A stretch of DNA of 64,000 bases from Thermovirgaceae bacterium (GTDB taxonomy: Bacteria; Synergistota; Synergistia; Synergistales; Thermovirgaceae), in NCBI GenBank assembly GCA_040767805.1, contig JAXGNU010000006.1:1-64000 (forward strand), in the 5' to 3' direction. Shown in pieces: positions 28,157 to 36,623 of this stretch (positions are counted from its first letter, which is position 1; every line of letters begins with the position of its first letter). The notes beneath the pieces are model-generated. The model worked only from the letters and a program-made list of their open reading frames with translations, ran no database searches and was not told the origin of the DNA. The position numbers and the translations under genes were made by a program.

Positions 28157-29413
28157 ATGGGAAAGACATTCGCTGAAAAGGTACTCAGCAAGGCTGCCGG
28201 CGAGCCCGTTTCCGCCGGACAGGTCGTCATCGTCGAGCCTCACTTCTGCATGAGCCACGACAACGCCGCACCCATCTGGGGCACCTTCGAGAAGATAGGC
28301 GTCAAGAAGGTCTGGAAACCCGACCACCTGGTGTTCATCCTGGACCATGCCATCCCCGCGCCGACGGACAAGCACGCCGAGAACCACATGAAGATCCGCC
28401 AGGTGGTCAAGGAACAGGGGATCCGGTACTTTTACGACGTGACGAGCAAGGGCGGCGTCTGCCACCAGATCATGTGCGAGGAGGGCTTCGCCCTCCCCGG
28501 GCTGGTCGTCGTGGGCAGCGACAGCCACACCTGCACCTATGGCGCCTTTGGCACCTTCTCCACGGGAATTGGCCGCAGCGAGATGGCCGCCACCTGGGCG
28601 ACGGGGCAGATCTGGTTCCGCGTCCCTGAATCGATGAAGATCACCGTGACGGGCAAGTTCAAGAAGGGCGTCTCCGCCAAGGACCTGATCCTCAAGATCG
28701 CGGGCGACATAAAGGCCGACGGCGCCGACTACATGTCCATCGAGTTCCACGGCCCCGCCATCGAAGAGATGTCCCTCTCCGAGAGGATGACCCTCTGCAA
28801 CATGGGGATCGAGGTCGGCGCCAAGAACGCCGCCTGCCCCCCGGACCAGAAGGTCCTGGACTTCATCAAGCCCATAGCGAAGACGGACCAGTGGGAGGCC
28901 ATCTGGGCCGACGACGACGCGGTCTACGCCAAGGAACTGCACTACGACCTGGGAGACCTGGTCCCCGCCGTCGCCAAGCCCCACACGGTTGACAACTACG
29001 CCCCCATCGACGAGGTCAAGGGCACGCCCATCCACCAGGCCTTCCTCGGGAGCTGCACCAACGCCCGCATCGAGGACCTGCGTCTTGCCGCGGATATCCT
29101 GAAGGGCAAGGAAGTGGCCGTGAGGACCATCGTGCTGCCGGCCTCCTGGACGGTCTACCGCCAGGCGCTGGAAGAGGGGCTCATCGAGGTATTCCTCGAC
29201 GCCGGGTGCGTCATCATCAACCCGGGGTGCGGGCCCTGCATGGGCAACCACGAGGGGATACTGGCACCGGGTGAGACCTGCATCTCGACGGCCAACAGGA
29301 ACTTCAAGGGCCGCATGGGCAACAAGGACAGCTTCATCTACCTGGCCAGCCCCATGACGGTCGCCGCCTCCGCTTTAAAGGGCGAGATCTCCGATCCCAG
29401 GGAGGTGCTTTAG
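28157..29413 (+). CDS. LeuC/HacA-type large subunit 2
   Basis: 'HDN', 'DH', 'GSDSHTCT', 'GSCTN', 'CGPCMG', 'ANRNFKGRMG'. Confidence 0.93.
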   Translation: MGKTFAEKVLSKAAGEPVSAGQVVIVEPHFCMSHDNAAPIWGTFEKIGVKKVWKPDHLVFILDHAIPAPTDKHAENHMKIRQVVKEQGIRYFYDVTSKGGVCHQIMCEEGFALPGLVVVGSDSHTCTYGAFGTFSTGIGRSEMAATWATGQIWFRVPESMKITVTGKFKKGVSAKDLILKIAGDIKADGADYMSIEFHGPAIEEMSLSERMTLCNMGIEVGAKNAACPPDQKVLDFIKPIAKTDQWEAIWADDDAVYAKELHYDLGDLVPAVAKPHTVDNYAPIDEVKGTPIHQAFLGSCTNARIEDLRLAADILKGKEVAVRTIVLPASWTVYRQALEEGLIEVFLDAGCVIINPGCGPCMGNHEGILAPGETCISTANRNFKGRMGNKDSFIYLASPMTVAASALKGEISDPREVL

Positions 29414-29417
29414 CGCC

Positions 29418-29909
29418 ATGAAGATCACCGGAAAGGTATGGAAGTACGGCGACGACGTCAACACCGACGTCATATTCCCGGGGAAATACACCTACACCGT
29501 CTCGGACCGTAACGAGATGGGCAAGTACGCCCTCGAGGACCTCGACCCCGAGTTCACCAAGAACGCTCAACCGGGCGACATCATCGTCGGGGGCAAGAAC
29601 TGGGGCTGCGGCTCCTCCCGGGAACAGGCTGTCACCTGCATCAAGATGCGGGGGATCGGGGCCATCATCGCCAAGGGTTTCGCCAGGATTTACTACCGCA
29701 ACGCCCTGAACGAGGGCTTGCCCATCGTGGTGAGCCCCGAGGCCGTCGATGCCCTCGAGAAGGGCGACGAGGTCACCGTCGACTTCGACAAGAGCGAGAT
29801 CGTCACCCCCAAGGGGACCTTCAAGTTCCCGCCCTACCCCGATTTCGTCAAGGGCCTGATCGAGGACGGGGGGCTGATACCCCACGTGAAGAAGAGTTTG
29901 GGGCTGTAA
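29418..29909 (+). CDS. LeuD/HacB-type small subunit 2
   Basis: 'DDVNTDVIFPG', 'NWGCGSSREQA', 'FARIYYRN'. Confidence 0.92.
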   Translation: MKITGKVWKYGDDVNTDVIFPGKYTYTVSDRNEMGKYALEDLDPEFTKNAQPGDIIVGGKNWGCGSSREQAVTCIKMRGIGAIIAKGFARIYYRNALNEGLPIVVSPEAVDALEKGDEVTVDFDKSEIVTPKGTFKFPPYPDFVKGLIEDGGLIPHVKKSLGL

Positions 29910-29920
29910 GGGCGAAAAAA

Positions 29921-30047
29921 CCGTGAATCGGGAATCGTGAATCGAAAGGGCAAAACCCGTAAAACGTGAATCGGAAATCGTGAATCGAAAGAGCAAAGGC
30001 AAAAGCGAAAGGCGAAAAGCAAGGGCAAGGACTGTAAAACTTTAGGG
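29921..30047 (+). repeat. Two (TCGTGAA)n arrays plus purine-rich mosaic inside the operon
   Basis: ccgtgaa-tcgggaa-tcgtgaa-tcgaaag(ggc), then a second similar block. Confidence 0.82.
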
Positions 30048-30148
30048 CAAAGGCGGGTCGCAACACGAGAAGCGGGAGAGATATCCCAGCCGGCGGTGAG
30101 AGCACGTCTCCGACCCGCCTTTGATGAAACCAGGAGGGGGAAGCGCAC

Positions 30149-31390
30149 ATGGCAAGAAACGTGATGCAGGTGAAGGAAAAGAAGGACCGGTACCAGGTCT
30201 GCTATATCCCAGGCGACGATTCCGGCTTCGACGTGATGGAAGCCGCCATGATCGTCATGCAGGCCCTGGACCCCCCCATCGACTGGGTAAGAGCCGACAT
30301 GGGGTGGTGCATGTGGGAGAAGTCCTGCAAGGAGTACCCCGAGGGTGACAAGAGGAGGAACACCGTACCCCAGGAGACCATCGACAAGGTCAGGGACACC
30401 GACGCCACCTTCATGGCCGCCATCACCTCCAAGGCGGGCGTGAAGGGCTTCAAGTCGGCCATCCTCCAGATGAGGCAGATCTTCGACCTCTACATCAACT
30501 TCCGCCCGGCGAAACTGATGCCGGGGCTCGAGTGCCCCCTTAAGGGCGACCCGAAGATCGACATCAAGATCTTCCGGGAGAACACCGAGGATCTGTATTC
30601 CGCCGTGGAGTGGCGTCCCCTCCCCCGCGAGATGTTCGACCTTCACCCGGGGATGGAGCGCTTCAAGGACAAGGAGGAGGTGGCCGTCTCCTGGCGGGTC
30701 TACTCCAAGGAGGGCTGCGACAGGATCATCAGGGCCGCCTTCGAGTACGCCAAGGCCAACGGCCTGAAGAGCGTGGTCAACTGCAACAAGGCCAACGTCA
30801 TCAGGGCCACCGACGGGCTGATGAAGGAGCGCTTCCTCGAGATCGCCAAGGAGTACCCCGACATCGTCGCCCGCGAGGAGAACGCCGACGCCACGGCGAT
30901 GTGGCTCATCAAGAACCCCCAGGACTACCAGGTCATCGTCACCTCCAACGTCTTCGGCGACATCCTCTCCGACGAGGCCTCCCAGCTGGTCGGCGGCATG
31001 GGCTTCGCGCCCAGCGGCAACATCGGTGAGAACGCCGCCCTCTTCGAGCCCAGCCACGGTTCGGTGCCGAAGTACGCCCACCAGTACAAGATCAACCCCT
31101 GCGGCCTCCTGATCACCGGGGTCATGATGCTCGAGTACCTCGGCCTCAAGGACCACGCGGCCAGGCTCGAGAAGGCCATCGGCGACGTGCTCGTTGAGAG
31201 CAAGTACCTCACCTACGACATCTGGCGCGACGACAAGGCCGACAAGGACTGGGAGAAGAAGGCCGTCTCGACCCTTGACATGGCCAAGGCCATCGCTTCG
31301 AAGATCGACCCCGACTTCGACAAGAAGGCCGACGCGATCTGCGCCAAGGCCCGCGAGATGTGCGCCTGGGAGCACCTAGTCCAGAAGTAG
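30149..31390 (+). CDS. Isocitrate/homoisocitrate/isopropylmalate dehydrogenase family
   Basis: 'IPGDDSG', 'FRENTEDLY', 'KANV', 'NVFGDILSD', 'LFEPSHGSVP'. Confidence 0.92.
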   Translation: MARNVMQVKEKKDRYQVCYIPGDDSGFDVMEAAMIVMQALDPPIDWVRADMGWCMWEKSCKEYPEGDKRRNTVPQETIDKVRDTDATFMAAITSKAGVKGFKSAILQMRQIFDLYINFRPAKLMPGLECPLKGDPKIDIKIFRENTEDLYSAVEWRPLPREMFDLHPGMERFKDKEEVAVSWRVYSKEGCDRIIRAAFEYAKANGLKSVVNCNKANVIRATDGLMKERFLEIAKEYPDIVAREENADATAMWLIKNPQDYQVIVTSNVFGDILSDEASQLVGGMGFAPSGNIGENAALFEPSHGSVPKYAHQYKINPCGLLITGVMMLEYLGLKDHAARLEKAIGDVLVESKYLTYDIWRDDKADKDWEKKAVSTLDMAKAIASKIDPDFDKKADAICAKAREMCAWEHLVQK

Positions 31391-31553
31391 GGGCTGCATA
31401 CCGGGAACAGCAATTACTTGGGAAAAGGACCTTGAGCCCGGGGCTCACCTTCGGGTGGGCCCCGGCGCTTCGGGGCGACCGATGGGCATTGACCCAAATG
31501 ATACCGACCGGGTTAGGGCTCCCTACCCCACCCCGGTCCCTGGAGGTAAGAAT

Positions 31554-31826
31554 ATGAAAACTGCCCAGGCAGGGACCCTCGAGTCGATGGACTGCATCGT
31601 CACCGTTACCGAAACGGAAAAGGGGCGAGGCATATCCATCGTCATGGAGGGGGCGAGCGTCGTCCGCTTCGGCGAGGCGATGTTGAAGGCGACAAAGGAC
31701 ACCCTGAAAGGGCTGGGTGTCCGCGATATGGCCGTCTCCATCCAGGATAACGGGGCCGGCGACCTGGTGCTGAAGGCCAGGGTCGAGGCGGCCGTGAGAA
31801 GATTTACGGGGGTGAGGACCCCATGA
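31554..31826 (+). CDS. citD: Citrate lyase acyl carrier protein (gamma)
   Basis: 'AGTLES' prosthetic-group Ser motif; 'DNGA'. Confidence 0.9.
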   Translation: MKTAQAGTLESMDCIVTVTETEKGRGISIVMEGASVVRFGEAMLKATKDTLKGLGVRDMAVSIQDNGAGDLVLKARVEAAVRRFTGVRTP

Positions 31827-32704
31827 GGCTGAGAAGGACCAAGCTGTATCTACCCGGGAACAACCCCAACATGCTCCTCCGGGGGCACCTCTTCAATCCC
31901 GACGGCGTCATCCTGGACCTCGAGGACGCCGTGGCGATGAGCGAAAAGGACGCGGCCAGGATCCTCGTCAGGGATGTCCTGAAAAGGGGCGACTTCGGCG
32001 ATTGCGAGGTCACCGTGAGGATCAACGGCATGGACACGGAGTACTGGAAGGCCGACATAGAGACCGTCGTGCCCTGCGGCATCGACGGCATCCGCATACC
32101 CAAGGTGGAGGACCCCAAGGACATCGCCCTGATGGACGAGGCCCTCTCCCATATCGAGAGCAATGCCAGGATACCGGTGGGCAGGACCCTGATCTTCTGC
32201 CTGCTGGAGACGGCCCTGGGCGTTTGGAGGGCCTTCGACATTGCCAGGGCCTCGAAAAGAGTGGCCGCCATCTGCCCCGGGGGGGAGGACCTCCGGGCGG
32301 ACCTGAAGACGACCCGTTCCGAGAACAGCGAGGAGCTCATCGGCCCTCGGAGGATGATAGCCCTGGCCGCCCACGCCGCCGGCGTCGACGCCCTGGACAC
32401 GGTCTACGCCGACATCACCGACGACGCGGGGCTGAGGCGGGAAACGGAGTGGGTCAAGCAGCTGGGATTCCAGGGCAAGAGCGTCATACACCCGAACCAG
32501 ATCCCGGTAGTCCACGAGGTCTTCACGCCGACGGCCAAGGAGATCGAACAGGCCAAAAAGATCGTCGAGGCCGCCGCCGAAGCAGCCGCCAGGGGGCTCG
32601 GGGCGGTCCAGGTCGACGGCAGGATGGTCGACAAGCCCGTGGTCAAGAGGGCGGAGTACACCCTCCAAAGGGCTGGTCTGAAAGCCGGAGGTGAGAAAGC
32701 ATGA
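31823..32704 (+). CDS. citE: Citryl-ACP lyase beta subunit
   Basis: 'DLEDAV', 'VRING', 'PKVE', 'GKSVIHPNQI', 'DGRMVDKPV'. Confidence 0.92.
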   Translation: MRLRRTKLYLPGNNPNMLLRGHLFNPDGVILDLEDAVAMSEKDAARILVRDVLKRGDFGDCEVTVRINGMDTEYWKADIETVVPCGIDGIRIPKVEDPKDIALMDEALSHIESNARIPVGRTLIFCLLETALGVWRAFDIARASKRVAAICPGGEDLRADLKTTRSENSEELIGPRRMIALAAHAAGVDALDTVYADITDDAGLRRETEWVKQLGFQGKSVIHPNQIPVVHEVFTPTAKEIEQAKKIVEAAAEAAARGLGAVQVDGRMVDKPVVKRAEYTLQRAGLKAGGEKA

Positions 32705-34251
32705 CTATAAACGCCGCGGGACGCAATGTACCCGATACGATACCCGGTTACGGGGAGGTCCGGCACTTCAAGGGCCACGACAGGAGGCCCCCCGAAGGGT
32801 GCCGATTCGGCAAAAAGAACAGGGCCGCCTTCAACACCAGGAGGGACAAGACCCTGCCCGACCTCAAGGCGGCCATAAGCGCTTCGGGGCTCAAGAGCGG
32901 GATGACCGTGTCCTTCCATCACCACCTCCGCGACGGCGACTACGTGGTCAACGCCGTTATCGACGCCTGCGCCGAGATGGGCATCCGCGACCTGGTGATC
33001 TTCCCCACGGCCCTCTTCAAGGTCCATAAGCACCTGACAAAACATATCCAGAACGGGGTCATCCGCCAGATAATGGGATCCGTCAACGGGCCCATCGGGC
33101 AGCTCGCCTCCGAGGGCGGGTTCAGCGTCCCCGTCGTCCTGAGGAGCCACGGCGGGCGCCCCAGGGCCGTGACCAGCGGCGACGTGGTCATCGACGTGGC
33201 CTTCATCGCCGCCCCCACGGCGGACAATTACGGCAACCTGACGGGGGCCGTCGGCAGGTCGGCCTGCGGGTCCCTGGGGTACGCCCACAGCGACGCCCAT
33301 TACGCCCAGTGCGTGGTGGCCGTCACGGACAACCTGGTCAACTACCCGGCGCCCTGCATCCAGATCCCCCAGTTCTTCGTCGACTTCGTGGTCCCCGTGG
33401 ACAAGATCGGGGACCCCGCCGGCATCGTCAGCGGTACCACCAGGGTTACCAGGGACCCCATGAGGCTGCTGATAGCCCGTAACGCCGCGAAACTGATCGA
33501 GGCGACCCCCTATTTCAAGGACGGCATATCCTTCCAGACCGGGGCGGGGGGCATCTCCCTCGCCGTGGCGGCCTACGTCAGGGAAGCCATGCGGGAGCGG
33601 GGCATAAAGGGCAGCTTTGGGCTCGGAGGCATCACCGAGTTCTTCGTGGACATGATGAAGGAGGGGCTCTTCGAGAGGCTGCTTGACGTCCAGTCCTTCG
33701 ACCTCGCAGCGGTGAAGTCCATCGCCGAGAACACCAACCACGTGGAGATCTCGGCCGACTGGTACGCTAACCCCTGGAACGCGGGGTGCGCCGTCAACAT
33801 GCTCGACACGGTGGTTCTTGGCGCTACGGAAGTGGACAGGGATTTCAACGTGAACGTCAACACCGAGGCCGACGGGGCGATGCTCCACGGAATCGGGGGG
33901 CACCAGGACACCGCCGCCGGGGCGCAGCTGACCATCATCACCACCCCGCTGCTCCGCGGGCGGATACCCTGCGCCGTCGACTCGGTCTACACCGTCAGCA
34001 CGCCCGGCGAGGTGGTGGACGCCGTGGTCACGGAGTTCGGCGTCGCCCTCAACCCCAGGAGGCAGGACCTCATCGACGCCGCCAGGGAAGCAGGCGACGT
34101 CCCACTGGTCACCATGGACGAACTGGTGGAAAAGGCCCAGGAATTGACAGGGCCGATGACCCCCGTCGAGACGGAGGACCGGATCATCGGCGTGGTGGAA
34201 TACCGCGACGGCACCGTCATCGACGTGGTGAAGCAGCTGAAGAAAAAGTAG
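32701..34251 (+). CDS. citF: Citrate lyase alpha subunit (ACP transferase)
   Basis: 'SFHHHLRDGD', 'RSHGGR', 'FQTGAGG', 'GGHQDTA', 'EYRDGTVID'. Confidence 0.94.
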   Translation: MTINAAGRNVPDTIPGYGEVRHFKGHDRRPPEGCRFGKKNRAAFNTRRDKTLPDLKAAISASGLKSGMTVSFHHHLRDGDYVVNAVIDACAEMGIRDLVIFPTALFKVHKHLTKHIQNGVIRQIMGSVNGPIGQLASEGGFSVPVVLRSHGGRPRAVTSGDVVIDVAFIAAPTADNYGNLTGAVGRSACGSLGYAHSDAHYAQCVVAVTDNLVNYPAPCIQIPQFFVDFVVPVDKIGDPAGIVSGTTRVTRDPMRLLIARNAAKLIEATPYFKDGISFQTGAGGISLAVAAYVREAMRERGIKGSFGLGGITEFFVDMMKEGLFERLLDVQSFDLAAVKSIAENTNHVEISADWYANPWNAGCAVNMLDTVVLGATEVDRDFNVNVNTEADGAMLHGIGGHQDTAAGAQLTIITTPLLRGRIPCAVDSVYTVSTPGEVVDAVVTEFGVALNPRRQDLIDAAREAGDVPLVTMDELVEKAQELTGPMTPVETEDRIIGVVEYRDGTVIDVVKQLKKK

Positions 34252-34253
34252 CA

Positions 34254-34453
34254 TCGTGGATCGTGGATCATGAATCGTAATTCGTGAATCGTGAACCGAA
34301 AAAAATACCGATCCTTAAAAGAACGGGACCAAATTACTTCCCTAAGCCGCCAAATGGCGGCTTAGGGTTTCTTTTTGACCAATAAACACTGAAACAAAAA
34401 CCACTTTCTGTTCTCGCTCCGGGCTTTTTCCGATCCACGGTTTACGATTCACG
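34254..34453. repeat. Inverted pair of heptamer arrays (34254-34296 forward; 34431-34453 reverse) enclosing a terminator
   Basis: tcgtgga-tcgtgga-tcatgaa-tcgtaat-tcgtgaa-tcgtgaa ... tccacgg-tttacga-ttcacg. Confidence 0.78.
34340..34376 (+). terminator. Intrinsic terminator of the cit operon
   Basis: CCCTAAGCCGCC/GGCGGCTTAGGG stem followed by TTTCTTTTT. Confidence 0.85.
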
Positions 34454-34461
34454 CTTTTGTT

Positions 34462-35790
34462 TTAAATCCTCCCCACCCCGTAGTAGGAGAACCCCTGGGC
34501 CCTCACGCGCTCCGGCGAGAGTTGGTTCCGGCCGTCGAAGACCGCCGAGTCGGGCTTCATGGCGCCCTTGACCCTGTCCCAATCGGGCCTGCGGAACTGG
34601 GGCCACTCCGTGACCAGGACGAGGGCGTCGGCCCCCTCGAGGGCCTCGTAGGAGTCGGCGCAGAAGGTCACCGAGCCGTCGTCGGGGAGCAGGGCCCTGG
34701 CCTTTTCCATGGCCACCGGGTCGTAGGCCCTCAACAGGGCGCCCCGCGAGAGAAGGGCCTCGGCCAGGGCGAGGGAGGGCGCCTCCCTCATGTCATCGGT
34801 ATGGGGTTTGAAACTGAGCCCCCAGATGGCGAAGGTCCTCCCGCCCAGGTCCTCCCCGAAGTGGCCCGTTATTTTTTCAAGGAAGAACCGCCCCTGGGCC
34901 CTGTTGGCCTCCTCGACGGCCCTTAGGATGGCCAGGTCGACCCCCCTGGCCGAGGCGCTCCGGATGAGGGCCCGGACGTCCTTGGGGAAACAGGAGCCCC
35001 CGTAGCCAAGGCCGGCGTAGAGGAAGGAGGAGCCGATCCTGCTGTCGGTGCCCATGCCGATGCGGACCTCTCCCACGTCGGCGCCGACCTTTTCGCAGAG
35101 GCGGGAGAGCTCGTTCATGAAGCTGATCCTCGTGGCGAGCATCGCGTTGGAGGCGTACTTGGTCATCTCCGCCGAGGGAATGGACATGGTGTAGAAACGG
35201 TCCTCCCTCATGACGAAGGGGGCGAAGAGCTCCCTGAGCTGCCTGTCGGTATCCTCCCGTTCGGTCCCTATTATGATCCTGTCGGGGCGGAGGCAGTCCT
35301 CCACGGCGGCGCCCTCCTTGAGGAACTCGGGGCAGAAGGCCACGTCGAAGTCGAGGTCCCACCGCCCCCGGTCGGCCAGGTTTTCCCCGATGATCCTCTT
35401 GATCTCGGCGGTGGTCCCCACGGGTATGGTGGACTTGGCGACGACGATCTTGGGGGTCTCCATGAGCCCGCCAATGCGGGAGGCAACCTCGTAGACGTGA
35501 GCCAGGTCGGCGGAGCCGTCCTCCCCGGGTGGCGTACCCACGGCGATGAAGACGAAGAGGCTGGGCCGGAGGGCCTCCCCCAGGTCCGTCGTGAAACGGA
35601 GGCGCCCCTCGGAGAGGTTCCTTTTGACCATGTCCTCGAGGCCGGGCTCGTAGATGGAGACCTTTCCCTCCTTCAGGCCCTCGATCTTGGAGTGGTCGAC
35701 GTCGACGCACCAGACGTCGTTGCCGTTCTCGGCGAGGCAGGCCCCCGTGACGAGGCCGACGTACCCGGTTCCGATGATGCAGACTTTCAT
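34462..35790 (-). CDS. ugd: UDP-glucose 6-dehydrogenase
   Basis: GTGYVG, 'PEFLKEG', 'GYGGSCFPKD', 'FKPHTDDMRE'. Confidence 0.95.
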   Translation of the reverse strand: MKVCIIGTGYVGLVTGACLAENGNDVWCVDVDHSKIEGLKEGKVSIYEPGLEDMVKRNLSEGRLRFTTDLGEALRPSLFVFIAVGTPPGEDGSADLAHVYEVASRIGGLMETPKIVVAKSTIPVGTTAEIKRIIGENLADRGRWDLDFDVAFCPEFLKEGAAVEDCLRPDRIIIGTEREDTDRQLRELFAPFVMREDRFYTMSIPSAEMTKYASNAMLATRISFMNELSRLCEKVGADVGEVRIGMGTDSRIGSSFLYAGLGYGGSCFPKDVRALIRSASARGVDLAILRAVEEANRAQGRFFLEKITGHFGEDLGGRTFAIWGLSFKPHTDDMREAPSLALAEALLSRGALLRAYDPVAMEKARALLPDDGSVTFCADSYEALEGADALVLVTEWPQFRRPDWDRVKGAMKPDSAVFDGRNQLSPERVRAQGFSYYGVGRI

Positions 35791-35824
35791 GGATATCCCT
35801 CCAGGGGCAAATGATGGGGTCGAA

Positions 35825-36125
35825 AAAAGCGTAAGGGACTGTAAGGACCGTAAATCGTAAATCGTGAATCGTGAATCGAAGGGGCGAGGCCAAACCTTTA
35901 GAGCGTGAAACGTAAATCGAAAACAAGGCGACAGGAGTCAGGCGTCAGAAAAACGGAAAAGCAAAAGCGTAAGAGACCGTAAATCGTGAATCGGGAATCG
36001 TAAGAGCAAAGGCGTAAGAGACCGTAAATCGTAAATCGTGAATCGTGAATCGAAGGGGCGAGGCCAAACCTTTAGAGCGTGAGGCGGGAGACGGAAGACC
36101 AAAAGCAAGGCGGCGGGCCAAAAGC
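35825..36125 (+). repeat. Heptamer/purine-rich mosaic with an exact 63-bp direct repeat
   Basis: 35846-35908 identical to 36020-36082; partial third unit between them. Confidence 0.92.
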
Positions 36126-36145
36126 GACCCTCTCCGGGCCGTTCC

Positions 36146-36511
36146 CTACCTGCTTATGACCAGCACGCCCGAGAGGATCAGGAAGACCCCGACCAGCCTC
36201 AGGAGGGTGACCTGCTCGGCGAAGAAAAAGGACGACACCCCCAGGACTAGGATGAAGACCAGCCCCGACATGACCGGGTAGGCGACCGACAGGTCCACCC
36301 TCGTCAGGGCTGCGCTCATGAACATGAAGGAGACGCCGAAACAGACCACCCCCGTCACGGCCCAGGGGTTGCCGGCTATACGGAACACGGCCGCGGCGAA
36401 GCCCCTCTCGAGCAGGTCCTGCTGGTGGCCGAAGCCGATCTTCATCATGCTGCTGGCCGTGGCGTTGAAAAGGGCGGAGCCCAGGATCATGAGCATGCCG
36501 AGCCGGTCCAT
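36146..36511 (-). CDS. SMR/DMT small membrane protein (ArnE/F-like flippase)
   Basis: 4 TM helices, 'DLSVAYP'; divergent from arnT. Confidence 0.75.
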   Translation of the reverse strand: MDRLGMLMILGSALFNATASSMMKIGFGHQQDLLERGFAAAVFRIAGNPWAVTGVVCFGVSFMFMSAALTRVDLSVAYPVMSGLVFILVLGVSSFFFAEQVTLLRLVGVFLILSGVLVISR

Positions 36512-36623
36512 GGCGGAGCACCTCCCGCGGTTGGTAATTCGTCGGTCTATACCGTTATAATAATCCATGTTCGCGCTCTTAGAGCCCCGGATCTGAAGAA
36601 CCCCGCTGGGGAGGCCGTGTCCG

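Noticed and set aside
26321..31390. Labelling the cluster as leuCD/leuB leucine biosynthesis
   Set aside because: No leuA, duplicated divergent subunits, and GntR/citrate-lyase context; gene symbols withheld
35825..36125. CRISPR array
   Set aside because: Only two full repeats, which are themselves microsatellite-based; spacers are made of shared modules; no cas genes
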